From Mobula hypostoma (lineage: Eukaryota): 64,000 nt of DNA. This document shows, piece after piece, positions 25,337 to 39,884 of the stretch. The first letter of the stretch is position 1, and every line of letters begins with the position of its first letter. Location: the NCBI RefSeq assembly GCF_963921235.1, contig NC_086097.1:23004001-23068000 (forward strand), in the 5' to 3' direction. The notes below the pieces were generated by a model. The model ran no database searches. It was not told the DNA's origin and saw nothing but the letters and a program-made list of their open reading frames with translations. The position numbers and the translations under genes were made by a program.

Positions 25337-26552
25337 CTTTACAGCACCTTCTGTAAGGTTAGGTTTCGATTCCCTCCGCTGCCTGTAAGGAGTTAATATG
25401 TTCTCTCTGTGACCATGTGGGTTTCATCTGGGTGCTCTAGTTTCCTCCCACTTTCCAAAGGCGTACAGGTTAGAGCTAGTGAATTGCGGGCATGCTATGT
25501 TGGAGCTGGAGGTGTGGCAATACTTGCAGACTGCCCCAATCACAATCCTTGCTGATTCGAGTTGATGCAAAATGATGCATTTCACTGTATGTTCCAGTTC
25601 AAGTTTGTTGTCATCTGACTGTACATATATCCAACCAAACAAAACAGTGTTCCTCCAGACCATAGTGCACCCACAATACATATTTCGTATAGAGCACCTA
25701 AAACAAAATGTTACCACAGATAAGTTAATAAAACATAATTCAAAATGCATGTGAAGTACACAGCATAGGTAAGCAGTAGATGGTACAGTAAACAGTAAAC
25801 AGTAAACATCTCACTGACCTAGTGATGAGACCTTGATGATGGCAGGGTATTCATTAGTCTCACAGCCTTGAGGATTCAAGCTATTACCCAGTCTGACTCA
25901 AGCAGCCATTCAGTGAATTAATAGTTGATCTGCGAAAGAAATTAGATATATTTAAAGTGGAGTTTGAAGGTTTCTTGATTAGTAAGGGTGTCAAAGGTTA
26001 CAGGGAGAAGGCAGGATTATGGGGTTGAGAGGGAAAATAAATCAGCCATGATGGAATTGTGGAGCAGAGACGATGGGCCGAATGGCCTAATTCTGATCCT
26101 ATATCTTATGGTTTTATAGTCTTAGGGTCTCCCTGAGAGAGAATCCATGTCCAAAATGAGCAAAAGAGGCCTCTTCCTTGTGGTAAAATAAAGGAAATGC
26201 CAATGGAACGCTCTGACATCTGAGCGGTCTTCAGTGCAGACTGAAATGAGATTTACAACTTGATGTGGTGCGTCTTTGATGTTCACGTGATCAAATAATG
26301 AATTATCTCTGCACAAAATTGAAAAACAAATGTTTCAATAAATATCATGGGCACACTAGACAGCTTTATAGTTAGTCTAAGGTAAAGGTTTATTCCCTGG
26401 ATGCATTAACTTGTAATAATATTTATGTTGATTTAATTTATTGAAGTGTTAGTTTATCACATTTTCTTCAGAAACTCCATTAAGAAGTTTTATTACATGA
26501 TAGATTAACAAATATGCTCTTGTGAGATCTTGGCAAAGTAATGAAAGAGCTT

Positions 26553-26571
26553 CACACGAGGAAATCTGCAG
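26553..26571 (-). mobile_element. 19-nt Penelope terminus with 12-bp TSD
   Basis: ATGAAAGAGCTT at 26541-26552 and 26572-26583 flanks CACACGAGGAAATCTGCAG, the reverse complement of the element end seen at 21341-21357. Confidence 0.75.
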
Positions 26572-29500
26572 ATGAAAGAGCTTGATAGTTTTTAAAGAAT
26601 AATTCACAAATTTATCCCCAGCATCTCTCAGGCTTTCATCATCATTGCTTTAACAGCTATTTCCTTTCTTCACTTAGTATTGAAATAGTCAGTGCAGTGG
26701 CCTGAATTGTCTGGGGCAATATATCCTTATTTGCTCTCATTACTCTCAAATCCAAACCAAATAATCACAAAGGTGCAATGGGAGTATTTGATGGTATCCA
26801 TCAGAGCTGCACGCACGAATCACCATCACCGTGTCGCCCCTGAAGTAATGGTTGCACAGTACAGATGAACCGTGGAGAGCATTACATCTGGTTGCATCAC
26901 TGTTGAGTATGTGGAGGGGCAGGTGGACTACTGCATAGGATCAAAGTAAGCTGCCGAGGGTTGTAAATTTAGTCAGCTCCATCATGGGCACTACCCTCCA
27001 CAGTATCCAGCACATCTTCAAGGAGTGATATCTCAAAAAAGGTGGTGTCCTTCGTTAAGGACCCCTATCACCCAGGACATGCCCTCTTCTCATTGCTACC
27101 ATTTGGAATGAGGTACAGAAGCCTAAAGGCACACACTCACAATTCAGGATTAGCTTCTTCCCCTCTGCCATCCGAATTCTGAATGGACAATGAATCCATG
27201 AACACTACCCCTCTACTTTTTTATTTCTATTTGTTTTTTGCACTACTTACTTAATTTTACACAATTTTCTTTTTTCTCTCTATTATTACGTCTTGCTGTA
27301 GTATTGTACTGCTGCCATGCAATCAACAAATTTCACGAAATATCGAAATATGCCAGTGATATCAAAATTGATTCTGATTCAGGTTATGCAAATCCTGGGT
27401 ATTCCTGGGTTGTCCAGCGTGCACTGCTGTGCAGCAGTTTACTCTCTGACCTAACGTTTGCTGTCCGATAGCGAACTTGACACTGTTGCACAATGCACAT
27501 ATCTCAATTGGCTGTTGAAGTACAACCAAATTTCTCCCCTCTATTTTAACAGAAAAGAATAATTACAAGATTTTAAGACTTTCTTTTTAAAGACTGGCTT
27601 AATTTATCAAGTGTACATCGAAGCATTGAAATATATTGTGAAATGTGTCATTTGATTCGAGGATGTGATGGGGGCAGCTCACAAGTGTTGCCATGTCTCT
27701 GTATCCAACAGAGAATGCCCACAACTTACAAACGATAACCCGTAACTCTTTGGAATGTGACAGGAAACTGAAGCACTCATGCAATTACAGGGAGGCCGTA
27801 CAAACATCTTACAGACAGCTGTGGGAATTGAACCTCAATCTTACTGCTGGTACTGTAAAGCGTTACACTAACTACTGTGCTTCCAAGCCGCCTAATTAAA
27901 ATTTGATCATCTACAAAGGATTTCAATAGGGTATTAGATTAAAACTACTCTCGAGTAAGGATTGTAAAAATAACTACTAGTTTGGCAATGTACATATCTT
28001 AAACTGTTTGCAAGTATTGTATTTAGAAAAATTAAAGTTTTTTGTTTGAGTTGTTCAATGTGGGTAATAAAACACAGTAGAGGTTGGAAGCTGTCTAAGT
28101 CAAGGAAAAATACTTTTAACAAAGAAAGGCAACAGGAATGTTTTTTTTTCAAATTTTAATTGTGACTCCTCCGGCTCACATTTATCTCTGCTTTCATATT
28201 GTATCGTGAATTGCTCATTGACATTTCAATGACATTTAGCAGAAATTGCTTGTCTTCAGCCCCCTTTGTTTTTTTTCAGCCTATTATTATTTGTTTAAAT
28301 GAACTTTCAGTGACTGTAGAAAAGATCGGAACAATAAAATGACTTCATTGAGCTGCAGTTGAAGAAAAGGTATGGCTGGTCGGACAGCACTTAGCGGAGA
28401 ACTTTTTTTTTGACAATTATATGTGAAAATGAGTCAAAGTGCTAAGCTTTGAAAGGCCATGTGCTCTGCAAGCTGTGTGCAGTATCTGATGTCAACATAG
28501 GACAGATTTCATGTAATTAATCCTATGAGCACTCCTTAAAGTGTGTGCTCCCGATGAGCAGTTCACATTCTCTGCATTCCTCAGATGCTTTTCAACTCCA
28601 CCATCAGTGAATTTTCTGAGTGTAAGAAAATTTTTATCCTAATTTTAGAATGAATGCTGCTTTCAAATCACTCCTCCTCCTTCCGAATTCCCCTCCTCCC
28701 CAATCGTTACCCTCTTTTTGCTCCTCCATTGCTCTTCCTTCAGAATCAACCCTGTTTTCACATTTCCCTTTTGATTGTTTACCTTTCCAATCACACCATC
28801 CCCCCCCAGTTGTCCACCATCAAGGCCATATCCTAAAGGCAATGCTTCATGAAAAACTCTCACTGCCTAGGACATGCTCACTTCCCATTATTGCCATTAG
28901 GAATGAGGAGCAGGTGCCTGAAGACAAAAACTCAACGTTTAATTTTATTGAGTTACAGCGCAGAATAGGCCCTTCGTGCTGAGCTGCTGGGCAATCTTTG
29001 ATTTAAACCTGGCATAATCACGGGACAATTTACAATGATCAATTAACATACTAACCTGTAGGTCTTTGGACTGAGAGGAAACCGAAGCATTCAGAGGAAA
29101 CCCACGTGGTCACAGGGAGACCTCCTTACAGGCAGCAGCTGGAATTGAACCTGGGTCACGGAAACTGTAAAGCGTTATGCTAACCACTGTGCTACTGTGC
29201 TGTACTGTTCCCATTTTCTTCTCCTTTGCTATCAAATTTCTGAAAAAGTCCATAAACTCATGAACATTACCTCACTATTTTGCTTTCTTTTTGCATTATT
29301 TACTTATTTATTGTATTTTTCTTATTGTAACTTGTCGTAACAATGAGGATGAATTTCTTTAGCCAGAGGGTGATAAATCAGTAGAATTCATTGTCACCGA
29401 CAGCTGTGGAGGCCAAATCATTGGGTATATTTAAAGCAGAGGTTGATAGGTTCTTGATTAGTCAGGGTGTCAGAGGTTACAGGGAGAAGGCAGGATAATA

Positions 29501-31009
29501 GGGTTGGAAGGGACAATAAATTGACCATGATGGAATGGTGGAGTAGACTCAATGGACCAAATGGCTTAATTCTGCTTCTATGCCCTATGGTCTTATGGAC
29601 TTAAGATCTGATTTTTTAAAATGTATTGCGCTGTACTGCTGCCACAAAGCAGCAAATTTCATGACATATGACAGTGATAATAAACATGATTCTGATTCTG
29701 ATTTAGACTAAGGCCACTTGCTGAACTCCAGAAGTGTTCATGCCTTCCTGACTATTCTGTCCTCCTTGAGTAGTTTGTTTTTGGTTGGTACAGAAACTGC
29801 ACGGTGGCTGGCAGATAGGAAGGCTCTACAATGGGTAGTCAAAACTGCCCAACGCATCACTAGTACTAACCTACCTACCATCAAAGACATGTATACAGAA
29901 AGTTAATAATCATGACCCACCCTGCTCATGGACTCTTTGTCCCACTCCCATCAGGGAGGACCCACTAACTCCACCACTACTTTATTATCTCTGTCAGGCA
30001 CCTTATGTACAGCCCAGTGTCACTTTATGTTAAAGTACATAAGCTCTCTTATGTATTTATATATATTGCTTTTTTATTATTACTGTGTACTTTATTTTGT
30101 GTGTGTGTTTTTTGTGTTGCATCAGATCTGAAGTAACAATTGTTTCATTCTCTTTTACACTTGTGTACAGGAAATGACATTAAACAATATTGAACCTTGA
30201 ATCTTGAGTCTTTTACAGTTGACTTCACAATTATGGTTTCAGAATCAGATTTATTCCTAATGCATGTAAATATATATGGCACAAAGTTGATCCTTGACCC
30301 TTGATCCTTGACCTTTGAAAGGCCCTGAAGCTCTCAATCATCTCTACTCCATCCCTTCATTTTAGAACCATAACTTCTAGGGGTGACTGAATTCAAGTGT
30401 TTAAAGAGCTGAGGGACTTTACTTCCAGTAAGAGAATACTGTTTGAAGTGACAAACTGCTTTAAAATAATTGCCAAAAAGCATAAGGCAGTTACAAAAAA
30501 TATTTTTACTCATTAGGCTAGAATGCATTGCCTGAAAGAGCACTGGAAGCAGATTCTAACGGGAGCTGATAGAGTACTTGGAAAGGTCAAACCATTGGGG
30601 TTATGTGGAAATGGTGAGAAGGAACTGATAGATCTGATAAGCAGTGGAATGATATGAGACACTGTGGCGGGGTGTCAGATGTGTGCTGTCAATAGCTTTG
30701 GACCTTGCACAATCATGCTGGTAACTCAGGATTTTGTGCAAATTGACAATAGAAACTGTCAGCAGGTCAGGCATTATTTGAGGAGAGAGAGGCAAAGTTA
30801 CTGCTCCAGGTTGAAGCCCTTGTTCACTGGACCAGGCCGTTAATAATATGGCAAAGTGATCAGCTAGACAGAATCAAAGAATCAAAGCTCTTTAATTGCC
30901 TTCTATGTTTACTGGCATTAATACTGTGAAAATAAAACAACAAAAAGCATAGTTTTCTTAATTTGGGCTTTTGACAATTGATATGTGTGGAAGGCTGCTA
31001 CAACTGTCA

Positions 31010-31672
31010 GGCAACATGCACAAAATGCTGGAGGAACTCAGCAGGTCAGGCAACATCTATGAAGCGGATTAAACAATTGACGTTTCAGGCTGAGACCTTT
31101 CATTACGACTAGAAAGGAAGGATGCCGAATCACCTCCATCCCACCTCCTTCCTTTTGTTCCACTATCCTCTCCTATTAGATTCTTTCCTCTTGCACACGG
31201 ACCATATCCCTCCATACACCTCCCATCCATGTACCTGTCCAATTTATTCTTAAATGTTAAAAAAGAACCTGCATTTACCACCTCGTCTGGCAGCTCATTC
31301 TATACTCCCACCACCCTCTGTATAGAAACCATAGAAAAACTACAGCACAGAAACAGGCCTTTTGGCCCTTCTTGGCTGTGCCGAACCATTTTCTGCCTAG
31401 TCCCACTGACCAAAGTCTTCAGCTCTCTATCTCTTCCATCTATCAACCGCCAGCTTCTCACATCTTTGCCCTCTCCCCCAGCCAGCTATCTACCTTACCT
31501 CTCACCTAGGCTCACCTATCACCTGCCAGTTTGTACTTCTCCCTCTTCTCCCCTACCTTTTTGTTCTGGTTACTTCCCACTTCCTTTCCAGTCCTGATGA
31601 AGGGTCTTGGCCTGAAATGTTCACTGTTTGCTCCTCTCCATAGATGCTGCCAGACTTGCTGAGATAATCCAG

Positions 31673-31719
<47 letters not shown>

Positions 31720-31760
31720 GCTCCAGATTTCCTTTATCTGCAGAGTCTCTTGTGTCTACA
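31010..31760. mobile_element. Inverted pair of Penelope pseudo-LTRs with intervening CR1 fragments
   Basis: A minus copy at 31010-31115 and a plus copy ending cagtcctgatgaagggtcttggcctgaaa...gatgctgcc...(TG)n...ctgcagagtctcttgtg. Confidence 0.75.
31589..31626 (+). ncRNA. Minimal type-I hammerhead ribozyme motif (Penelope-associated), slightly degenerate
   Basis: CAGTC-CTGATGA-AGGGTCTTGGCCT-GAAA-TG-TT-CACTG. Both core boxes are intact and stem II can form. Stem I pairs 4 of 5, and the ACGT palindrome has become ATGT. Confidence 0.65.
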
Positions 31761-33581
31761 ATTGTCGGAGCGAACTGAAGGATCCTGCACAGATGGTGTT
31801 CAAAATAACAGGTAATTTATTAAAAAGCTGATGGGCACCAGGAGATCAGCCAAAGCCAACTTACCCGAGCTTGAATTTGGTTCAGCTTTTAGATTCCCAG
31901 TAAAACCACGATTTGTTAACAGAATGGTGGCTGCAGGAGGATTTAATTAAGACCATAAGACATAGGAGCAGAATTAGATCATTAGACTCATCGAGACTGG
32001 TCTGCCATTTCACCCCCATTCCCTGCCTTCTCCCCGTAGCCTTTCACACCCTGATTAATCAAGAACCTATCAACCTCCACCTTAAATACATCCAGTGACT
32101 TGGCCTCCACAGCCGTCTGGCAATGAATTCCACAGATCACCACTCTCTGGCTAAAGGAATTCCTCCTCATCTCCATTAGGTAACAGACTAGGTTCTGTTT
32201 ACAGAATAAAATGATTAACCACGAATCTAACAGTAATTCCATTTTTCTATAACAACGAAGGGTGCACGCTATAACACAATTAGTGAAGTTCCTGAAGCTT
32301 GGATGTTGTTACTACTGCAGTCCATGCCTCTACTTCTATACTTTTTCTGCAGTTGTCTCTTGCCATATTAGCACAATCCACATGTCTGCTTACTGGTTAT
32401 TAGCTCTCAATCTTCTTTCTGCTACCACACTCGTCCCACTAGAGGAAATGTATCTTTTTTTTATGACAATTGCTTGACTTCAGGAGCATCCGAGTGAACC
32501 TCTTCTTCACCCTCTCGAAAGCCACCCTCTTCCCTGGGCTGAAATGGCTAACGAAAGGGGGCATAGTTTTAAGGTGTTTGGAAGTAAGTACAGAGGGGTT
32601 GTCAGGGGTAAGTTTTTCACACAGAGAGTGAGGGGTGCGTGGAATGTACTGCCAGTGATGGTGGTGAAGGCGGAAACAATAGGGTTTTTAAGAGATCCTT
32701 AGATAAGTACATGGAGCTTAGAAAAATAGAGGGCTATACGATAGGGTAACTCTAGGCAGTTTCTAGAGTAGGTTCCATGGTCGGCATAACATTGTGGGCC
32801 AAAGGGCCTGTAATATGCTGTAGATTTCTATGTTCAATGTTCTATCTTCTAACAATCATTCCATAGTCAAAGTCAGTTAGATCACATTTCTTTCCCTATT
32901 ACGATATTTGGTCTGGACAACAACTGAAGTTCTTGACCATGTCTGTGTGCATTGACGTGCAGCCACATGACTGGCTGATTAGATTTTTGCATTAACAGCA
33001 GGTGTACAGGGGTACCTAATAAAGTGGTTGTTGAGTGTGTATTGAGCCAGGAGAAAGGCAATTTGATGTAGTAGAAATATTTGAATTAATTTACATAGCT
33101 ATGGGGAGAAAGCTTGGGAACAGATTTAAATGGACAATCCTTTCAATATGTCATGGTTTGTGTGGGTGATTGTATAATTTTGTGATTATATGAAACATAA
33201 ACCAGTTTTTCACCAAGCATTTCATTATTTAGTACAATATTATTACATTGTGTAATGTGTACTGTTACTCTGAAGAAAAGGACAGACATTAAAACCAACA
33301 GTTAATATTGGCTGAGAACTTGCCTTGGGAGATTTGTAGAATATAATGTTATGCTATGAACACAGCCACCAGTTGGCTTTATTAACTGCAGAGGAACGAA
33401 AGGCTTTGCACATGTACAAGCTGGCAACTTGCCTCTATTGCTCTCTTTAAGATTAAAAATGAAGTCTGAAATGAAACTTTTTATATTTCTGATCAAGTAC
33501 TTACAGGACACAAATGACACTAATAAGACACTGAGCTACATATTGTAATCCGTGTAATGTCTGCTTTGGATGAGTGGCATT

Positions 33582-33865
33582 GGGTGGCATGGTAGTGTAG
33601 TGGTTAGCACAACACTTTACAGTACCAGCAACCTGGGATCAGTCCCTGCTGCTGCCTGTAAGAGTTTTTTACATTCTCCCGGTGACTCTATAGGTTTGAG
33701 GCAGCTGCTCTGGTTTCCTCCCACATTCCGAAGATGTACTGGTTAGTAATTAATTGTCCATTGCAAATTGTCCCGTGATTAGGCTAGGATTAAATCAGGG
33801 TTGCTGGGCAGCACAGCTCGAAGGGCTGGAAGGGTCTATTCAGCATCGTATCTCAGTAAATAGAC
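33582..33865 (+). mobile_element. V-SINE (HE1-like), near full length
   Basis: gggtggcatggtagtgtagtggttagcac...ggtttcctcccacattcc...gctcgaagggctggaagggtcta...gtatctc. Confidence 0.8.
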
Positions 33866-36037
33866 TTATAAATCCTGTTGAGCTATTTCAATGGTACATG
33901 GTTTTTTTAAATTATACTAATGTGATGAAGACACAATTAATTTGGTCCAGTAAGGCAATCCTCAGCAGACTGCGCACCACAGGGGACTCCTTATACTCTG
34001 CTTCACTTTTACCTTATATATCAGCCGACTCATGAAGTTGCAGAGTCTTAGAACACTACAGCATAGAAACAAAAGCTTTGAGCCATCTGGTCCATGCCAA
34101 ACTGTTATTGTGCCTAGTCCCATCGACTTGCATCCAGACCATATCCCCCCATACCCCTCCCATCCATGTACTAGTCCAAACTGCTCCTCGATGTTGGAAT
34201 CGAACCCACATTTACCACTTCCACTGGCAGCTCATCTCACGTTCACACTACCCTCTGAGTGAAGAAGGTCCCCCTCCGGTTCGCCTTAAAAATTTAATCA
34301 TTGTATTTTACAACATGGAACGTGCAATATTTGAGTGGGGCAGCTACTGTTTCTTTTAATTTTATAGGTGTCTGTTTTTAATTCAGTTGTAACTTAGATG
34401 TCATTCTAAATAACTCAGACATTATTTTTTAATGTAGTCAGTGTGCTTTTAGTAACTGGATTGCCTGTATGCTGTTTTGCACAGAATGGAATAGTACTTC
34501 AATCTTCTGGTGTCCTCAGCAATGACAATAAAGCTCTAAGTTTCCCTCTGTAGCTTTTTATTTTTCACCCTTAACCCATGACCCCTCTTCAGGGTTCAGG
34601 GTTGACGGAACACTGATCTCTGAAACTTTTAGGCTCTGGTCATCGCCCCAGAATTTTGAATAAAAAGGTCTTGTCAGTCTCAGTGCCGTCCAGTGCTGCT
34701 GGCAGGGTAATCTTTCAAATGAAATATAAAATCAACCATTCTCTTGCCTGAATGACAAGTGCTCAACATTTCTGATTAAACAACTTTATCAGAAACATTG
34801 TGCATTTTACTCACTTCCTTCTCCACAGATGCTACTGAGTACTTCCAGAATTCTCTCTTTTATTTCCAATTCATAACATCAGCACTGTTTTACTTTAGTT
34901 TAAAATGATAAGATACACCACGGTAGCGTAGTAGGGGGTGGGGGAGTTATATATGTAACATTTTCTAATTAGGCAATATCTTTCTGGAATCACATTGAGT
35001 CATAGCCCACTGCTCCAATATAAAAGCAGAAAATACTGAAAATACTCAGCAGGACAAGCAGCGTCTGTGGGGAGTGAAAGATAATGTGATGTTTCTTGTT
35101 AATGACCTAGCTCCAGCTGCTCTCTCAAGTTAATATGATTAAACCCATGGCATTATTTTCAGTAGCGCAGAAAGATTATATCTATTGGAGTCATAGTGTT
35201 ACAGAAAGTACAGCACAGAAAGAAGCCCATTGGCTCATCTAGTCTGTGCTGAACCATTTAACCTGTCTACTCCCATCAAGCTGCACCCAGACCATAGCTC
35301 TCCATACCCCCACCATCCATGTACCTATCTAAACTTCTCTTAGATGTTGAAATCGAGCTCGTATACACTGCTTGCGCTGGCAGCTCATTCCACACTCTCA
35401 CCACCTTCTCAGTGAAGAAGTTTCCCCTCATGTTCCCCTTAAACTTTTCACCTTTCACCCTTAACCTATGACCTCTAGTGGGGAAAAAAGTACTCTCACC
35501 TTTGTTAACAAAACAGATGATCAACTTTGAACTGATTCAGCAACCTACCGGCTCCCTTTCAAGGACTCTACCACTCATGTTCTCAGTGTTATTTATTTTT
35601 TACATGCACAATTTGTCCTCTGTTGTACATTTGTTGTTTGTCAATCTTTGGTCATGTTTAATTTTTTAATAAATTCTATTACATTTTTTTATTTTCCCGT
35701 GAATGCCTGCAAGAAAATGTACTATGTACTTTGATACTAAATTTACTTTGACTTATCCCTTTATTGACACATTGGTACTTGTAGGAGCTCAAAATGCATG
35801 GACTGCTCTGCCTTAGAGTGAATTCTTTGTGAGTACACCTTTAGCTCTGCCACGCATTGACACACTCAAAAGCAGAAGCAAATTACTATGTTACAGTATT
35901 ACAGTAGGACACAGTCAATGTCCTACTGTGTTTTCAAATGCCTGGCTGCTACCTAGAATAGTTCCTGATATTGAGTCACTTTGTCACTTTATCATTCCCT
36001 GTCAGGGTCACTTTAGTGCATACAATCGGTCCATATA

Positions 36038-36554
36038 CAGAACTGTGCAAAAGTCTTGGTCACGTAGGTGTAACTAGGGTGCCTAAGGCTTTTGCTCAGT
36101 ACTGTAGTAATTTTGTGTATTGCACTGTACTGCTGCTGCAAAGAAAAACAAATTTCATGACAAATATGAGTGATAAACCTGATTCTGATATGGACGGAGA
36201 GCGGAAAGGGAGCAGGGAGAGGGAAATTATGTTTGGGAAAAGGGGAAGGGAGAGGGGAGGGAGTGGGGAGTACCGGAGAGACTTTCCGTAATGATCAATA
36301 AACCAGTTGTTAGGAATCAAGTGACTTTACCTGGTGTTTCAGGGCTGGGTGTGTCTGCACCCACGCCACCTCCTGCCCCTGGTGCTTGTTTTGTCCCACT
36401 TGTCCCACACCCCTCTCGTGACGCTCCAACCTCACCAACCCCAACATTCTTCGCTCCTGCCAGATTTACAAGCTCAGTCTCCGCTCCACGTTGACAAATA
36501 CAGTACTGTACAAAAGTCATAGGCACCCGAGCCTAAGACCTTTGCACAGTACTC
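36038..36554. mobile_element. Tc1-type MITE composite (two tiny TIR pairs bracketing ~400 bp)
   Basis: CAG(T/A)ACTGT(G/A)CAAAAGTC TIR pairs at 36038-36104 and 36501-36554, each flanked by TA. Confidence 0.7.
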
Positions 36555-38861
36555 TACATAGCTAATGTATATATGGTGACACACAGTTACTTGTACACTG
36601 TGTTGTATAGGTTTGCTTTTATATTTATATTCATTAGGTTCTTTTGTTGTTTTTTATTGTGCCCTTTATGCTTATTGTGTTTTTTTGTGCTGCATCGGAT
36701 CCGGAGTAACAAGTATTTTGTTTTCCTTTCTGAAGAATGACAATAAACAGTATGAAATCTTGAATGTAGTTTCAAGCCTTCCTTTGAGAGCCTTGATGAC
36801 ATTGGCCCACAGTGCTGATAGGAAGAGAGTGCCTGAACTGTGAACTGGGTATAATGACAAATGTCCCCAGTCGAGGTTGCATGGGAGGCTGAGTATAACT
36901 AGGATGAGATTACAGTGCTGTATCTTTAACTAAAATTAAGACACTCATATTTGAGCACAGCGCTGAGTGAACGTGACTGTGTGTGACCGATTAATTCTAT
37001 TGACGGAATAAAATAATGAATCTTCTGCACTCTTAGCTTTAAAGATGCTTCAGATGTTGACAAAGGTCTCAAATTTGGGGGGAATTAATGCAACATCTTA
37101 TTCCCAAGTATCTTCACCTCATTATTCACATTCTTAATATTCTCTTTTTCATAAAGTTGCATTAAAAAAGGTTGTTCTATATTTTATGATGGTGGTAGGT
37201 CAGACCAGCCAGCCCCTGAATCATCCTTGTGGCTGCATTAACTGTTTGCAGCATTACTGTTGCATTAGAGTTTTGGGTCAGAAATCATAAAGCATAGGAG
37301 CAGAATTAGGCCACTCAGCCCACCAAGTCTGTTCTGCCATTCAATCACAGCTGATTTATTATTCCTCCCATACCCATTCTCCTGCCTTCACCCCGAAACC
37401 TCTAACGTCTTTACTAATCTAGAACCTATCAATCTCGCCTTTGAATATACCCAGTGACTTGGCTGCATAACAATCTGTGGCAATGCATTCAACAGATTCA
37501 AAAGCCTCTGGCCAAAGAAATTTCTCCTCATCTCTGTTCTAAGGCGACGTCCTTCTGAGTTGTGCTCACTAAGGTCTTGCTCTCACTGCTGTACGTTAAA
37601 GCAGAGTGGGTCACAAGTGGCCACTAAGTGTCAGGCAGTGAATACGGAAGTCTCAAACCAGACCTTCCTGGTAGATTCTTGACAATTTGTGCGATCAAAA
37701 TTCTTTTCAACGTCCTTCAAAATATCCGATAACTAAATTCATTTGAAACAGATTTAAAAACAACTGGTAAGAAATTTTTTTTAAAAATCACAGAACACTG
37801 AGAAATTAATTAGAAAGTTCACATTAATTCATTGCTGGAAATCTGAACTAAAAGCAGAAAATTTTAGCAACTGTCAATATCAGACGGTATCTGTGAAAAC
37901 CGAGTATGAACTCTGCTTCTCTTTTCTGAAGTGTTGCCTGACCTACTGAATGTTTTCAACAGTTTTTTTGTTTTTATTCTATACTTATCTATCAACTTTT
38001 GAAGTCTACCTTCAAATAAATGTAGCTATTCTGCGTCTAACACCCAGGGCTTGTGTGAAACCATGGTGTGGGACTGAAGCTCTATCTGCTTCTCGGGTCC
38101 AGCACAGTTGATGGACGGTGCTGAGATGAGAGGCAGTGCTACGGGTTAGACCTCCAGCCTTTGGCCTCCCGTACACTCCTGACAGGCACAGAGATGCACA
38201 GTTCACCCGGTCCTTCTGAGCTGCCAGCAAAAGTTCAGAACACATCGACTCAAAATAAAAACAAGCATGTTTGTGAGAAAGTCTAACTATTCTTTGCTTG
38301 TTTTAATGCTATATGGGACTGATTGGTAAGTCACAGGAGGATCAGCGTTATCCAGGAATCTTTTGTTTGCCTCTTTGATATTAAATATGAATGGATGGAG
38401 AAACAGAACTACATTTTGCTGAATTCAGAGCGATCAGTGCAGAAAACATATTAAAATGCCATAGCCTCTGGTCAGGGCTTTGATTTTTCATTTTCATTCT
38501 GCCTGCAGAGGTCTCAGTGTCCAGGAACAGCAGAGGGGAGCTGTGATCTGTGATCTCTGCATGAGGTCCAGGCTCTCCAGCGATTCCTGGACTGACTTAA
38601 ATAGCCATGAACGTGCTCAGTTGCTGAACCAGTGAGGCATTCCTCCCAACACAGTCGGCTGTTCGTGCACTTGTACTCTCACACAAACTTTACAGGGCAG
38701 GCAACTCAGGTTCAATTCCTGCCACTGCCTGTAAGGAGTCTGTACGTTCCTCCTGTGACCGCGTGGGTTTCCTCCGGGTACTGTGGTTTCCTCCCGTAGC
38801 CCAAAGACGTACCGGTTGGTAGGTTAATTGATCATTATAAATTGTCCCTTGATTAGGAACC

Positions 38862-39406
38862 ACTGCCACCGACATCAGTTTCAAACATCAGTCATCAGCC
38901 AGCACACACAGTACATTTTACTAAGTACACTTTATAGATATCACTAAGTCTATGAAATTAATATAAGCTCAATACAGAAAAAGGGAATGGAAAAGGCACC
39001 AGACTTATCAAGGTTCAAGTTCTTCATGCACACATTGGAGCTCAGGAATTTCTTCGGGACCACCCTGACCCCGTCGACTCGCAGCTCGAGACCACCCGGA
39101 GAGATCGACCGGAGCCTTCCCACACGTCCGTCGTCCTTCCGGTCTCTCCTCTGACTCCCCACCAAAAAACCCCGTTCCCAGTCATATGAGACAGCATTAT
39201 CACCCCAAGAAAGGATAACATGGACACCCATTGGCTAATAGTACCTCTGCTATCTGTATTAACCCAAGCAAATTTCTAGCTAGATACTTTCTCAGCATTT
39301 AACATAACATAGAAGCCATTTTAATGCACATACGCAGCAATTTAAAAGATTAACATAACAAAGAAGCCATTTTAAATTTAACATAACAAAGAAGAAACCC
39401 CGTACA
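38862..39406 (-). mobile_element. Truncated LTR, same family as 61153-61760
   Basis: Colinear similarity (catcagccagcacac, gctcgagaccaccc, gatcgaccggagcct, cacccattggctaat). It ends ...CCCCGTACA, and the other end is replaced by a V-SINE. Confidence 0.8.
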
Positions 39407-39884
39407 CATTCATCACACAAGTGCATGTTTAGCATTCTCACATGTGCATGTTCGATCAGGGTCACGTGAAGCCATGGGAGCAGGTGGTGGATGGTTGTAC
39501 GAGCAGCTGGTGCATATCACACGTCCTGGTTATGCGACCACTGATACCAGGCAGACAATCTCTGAAAAGCATTGATAATAGCTGGGCAGGGGGGTGGTGG
39601 GGGACTAAGATTGCTCACGTCATATGACACAGCACATAACGAACAAATGTATGATGTTACCCATTCATTTTGAGAGTACTATAATATAAAAGCAAGGGTG
39701 TAATGCTGAGGCTTTATGAAGCAGTGATGAGGCCCCACTTGGAGTGTTGTGAGCAGTTTTGGGCCCCTTATCTAAGAAAGGATGTGCTGACATTGGAGAG
39801 GGTTCAAAGGAGGTTCACAAAAATGATTCCAGGGTTGAAAGGCTTGTCATATGAGGAGCATTTGATGGCTCTGGGCCTCTACTC

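Noticed and set aside
28150..28650. Repeat-poor stretches as possible conserved enhancers (also ~38000-38680, ~53040-53650, ~62140-62720)
   Set aside because: Nothing in the sequence alone supports function. A cross-species alignment would be needed.
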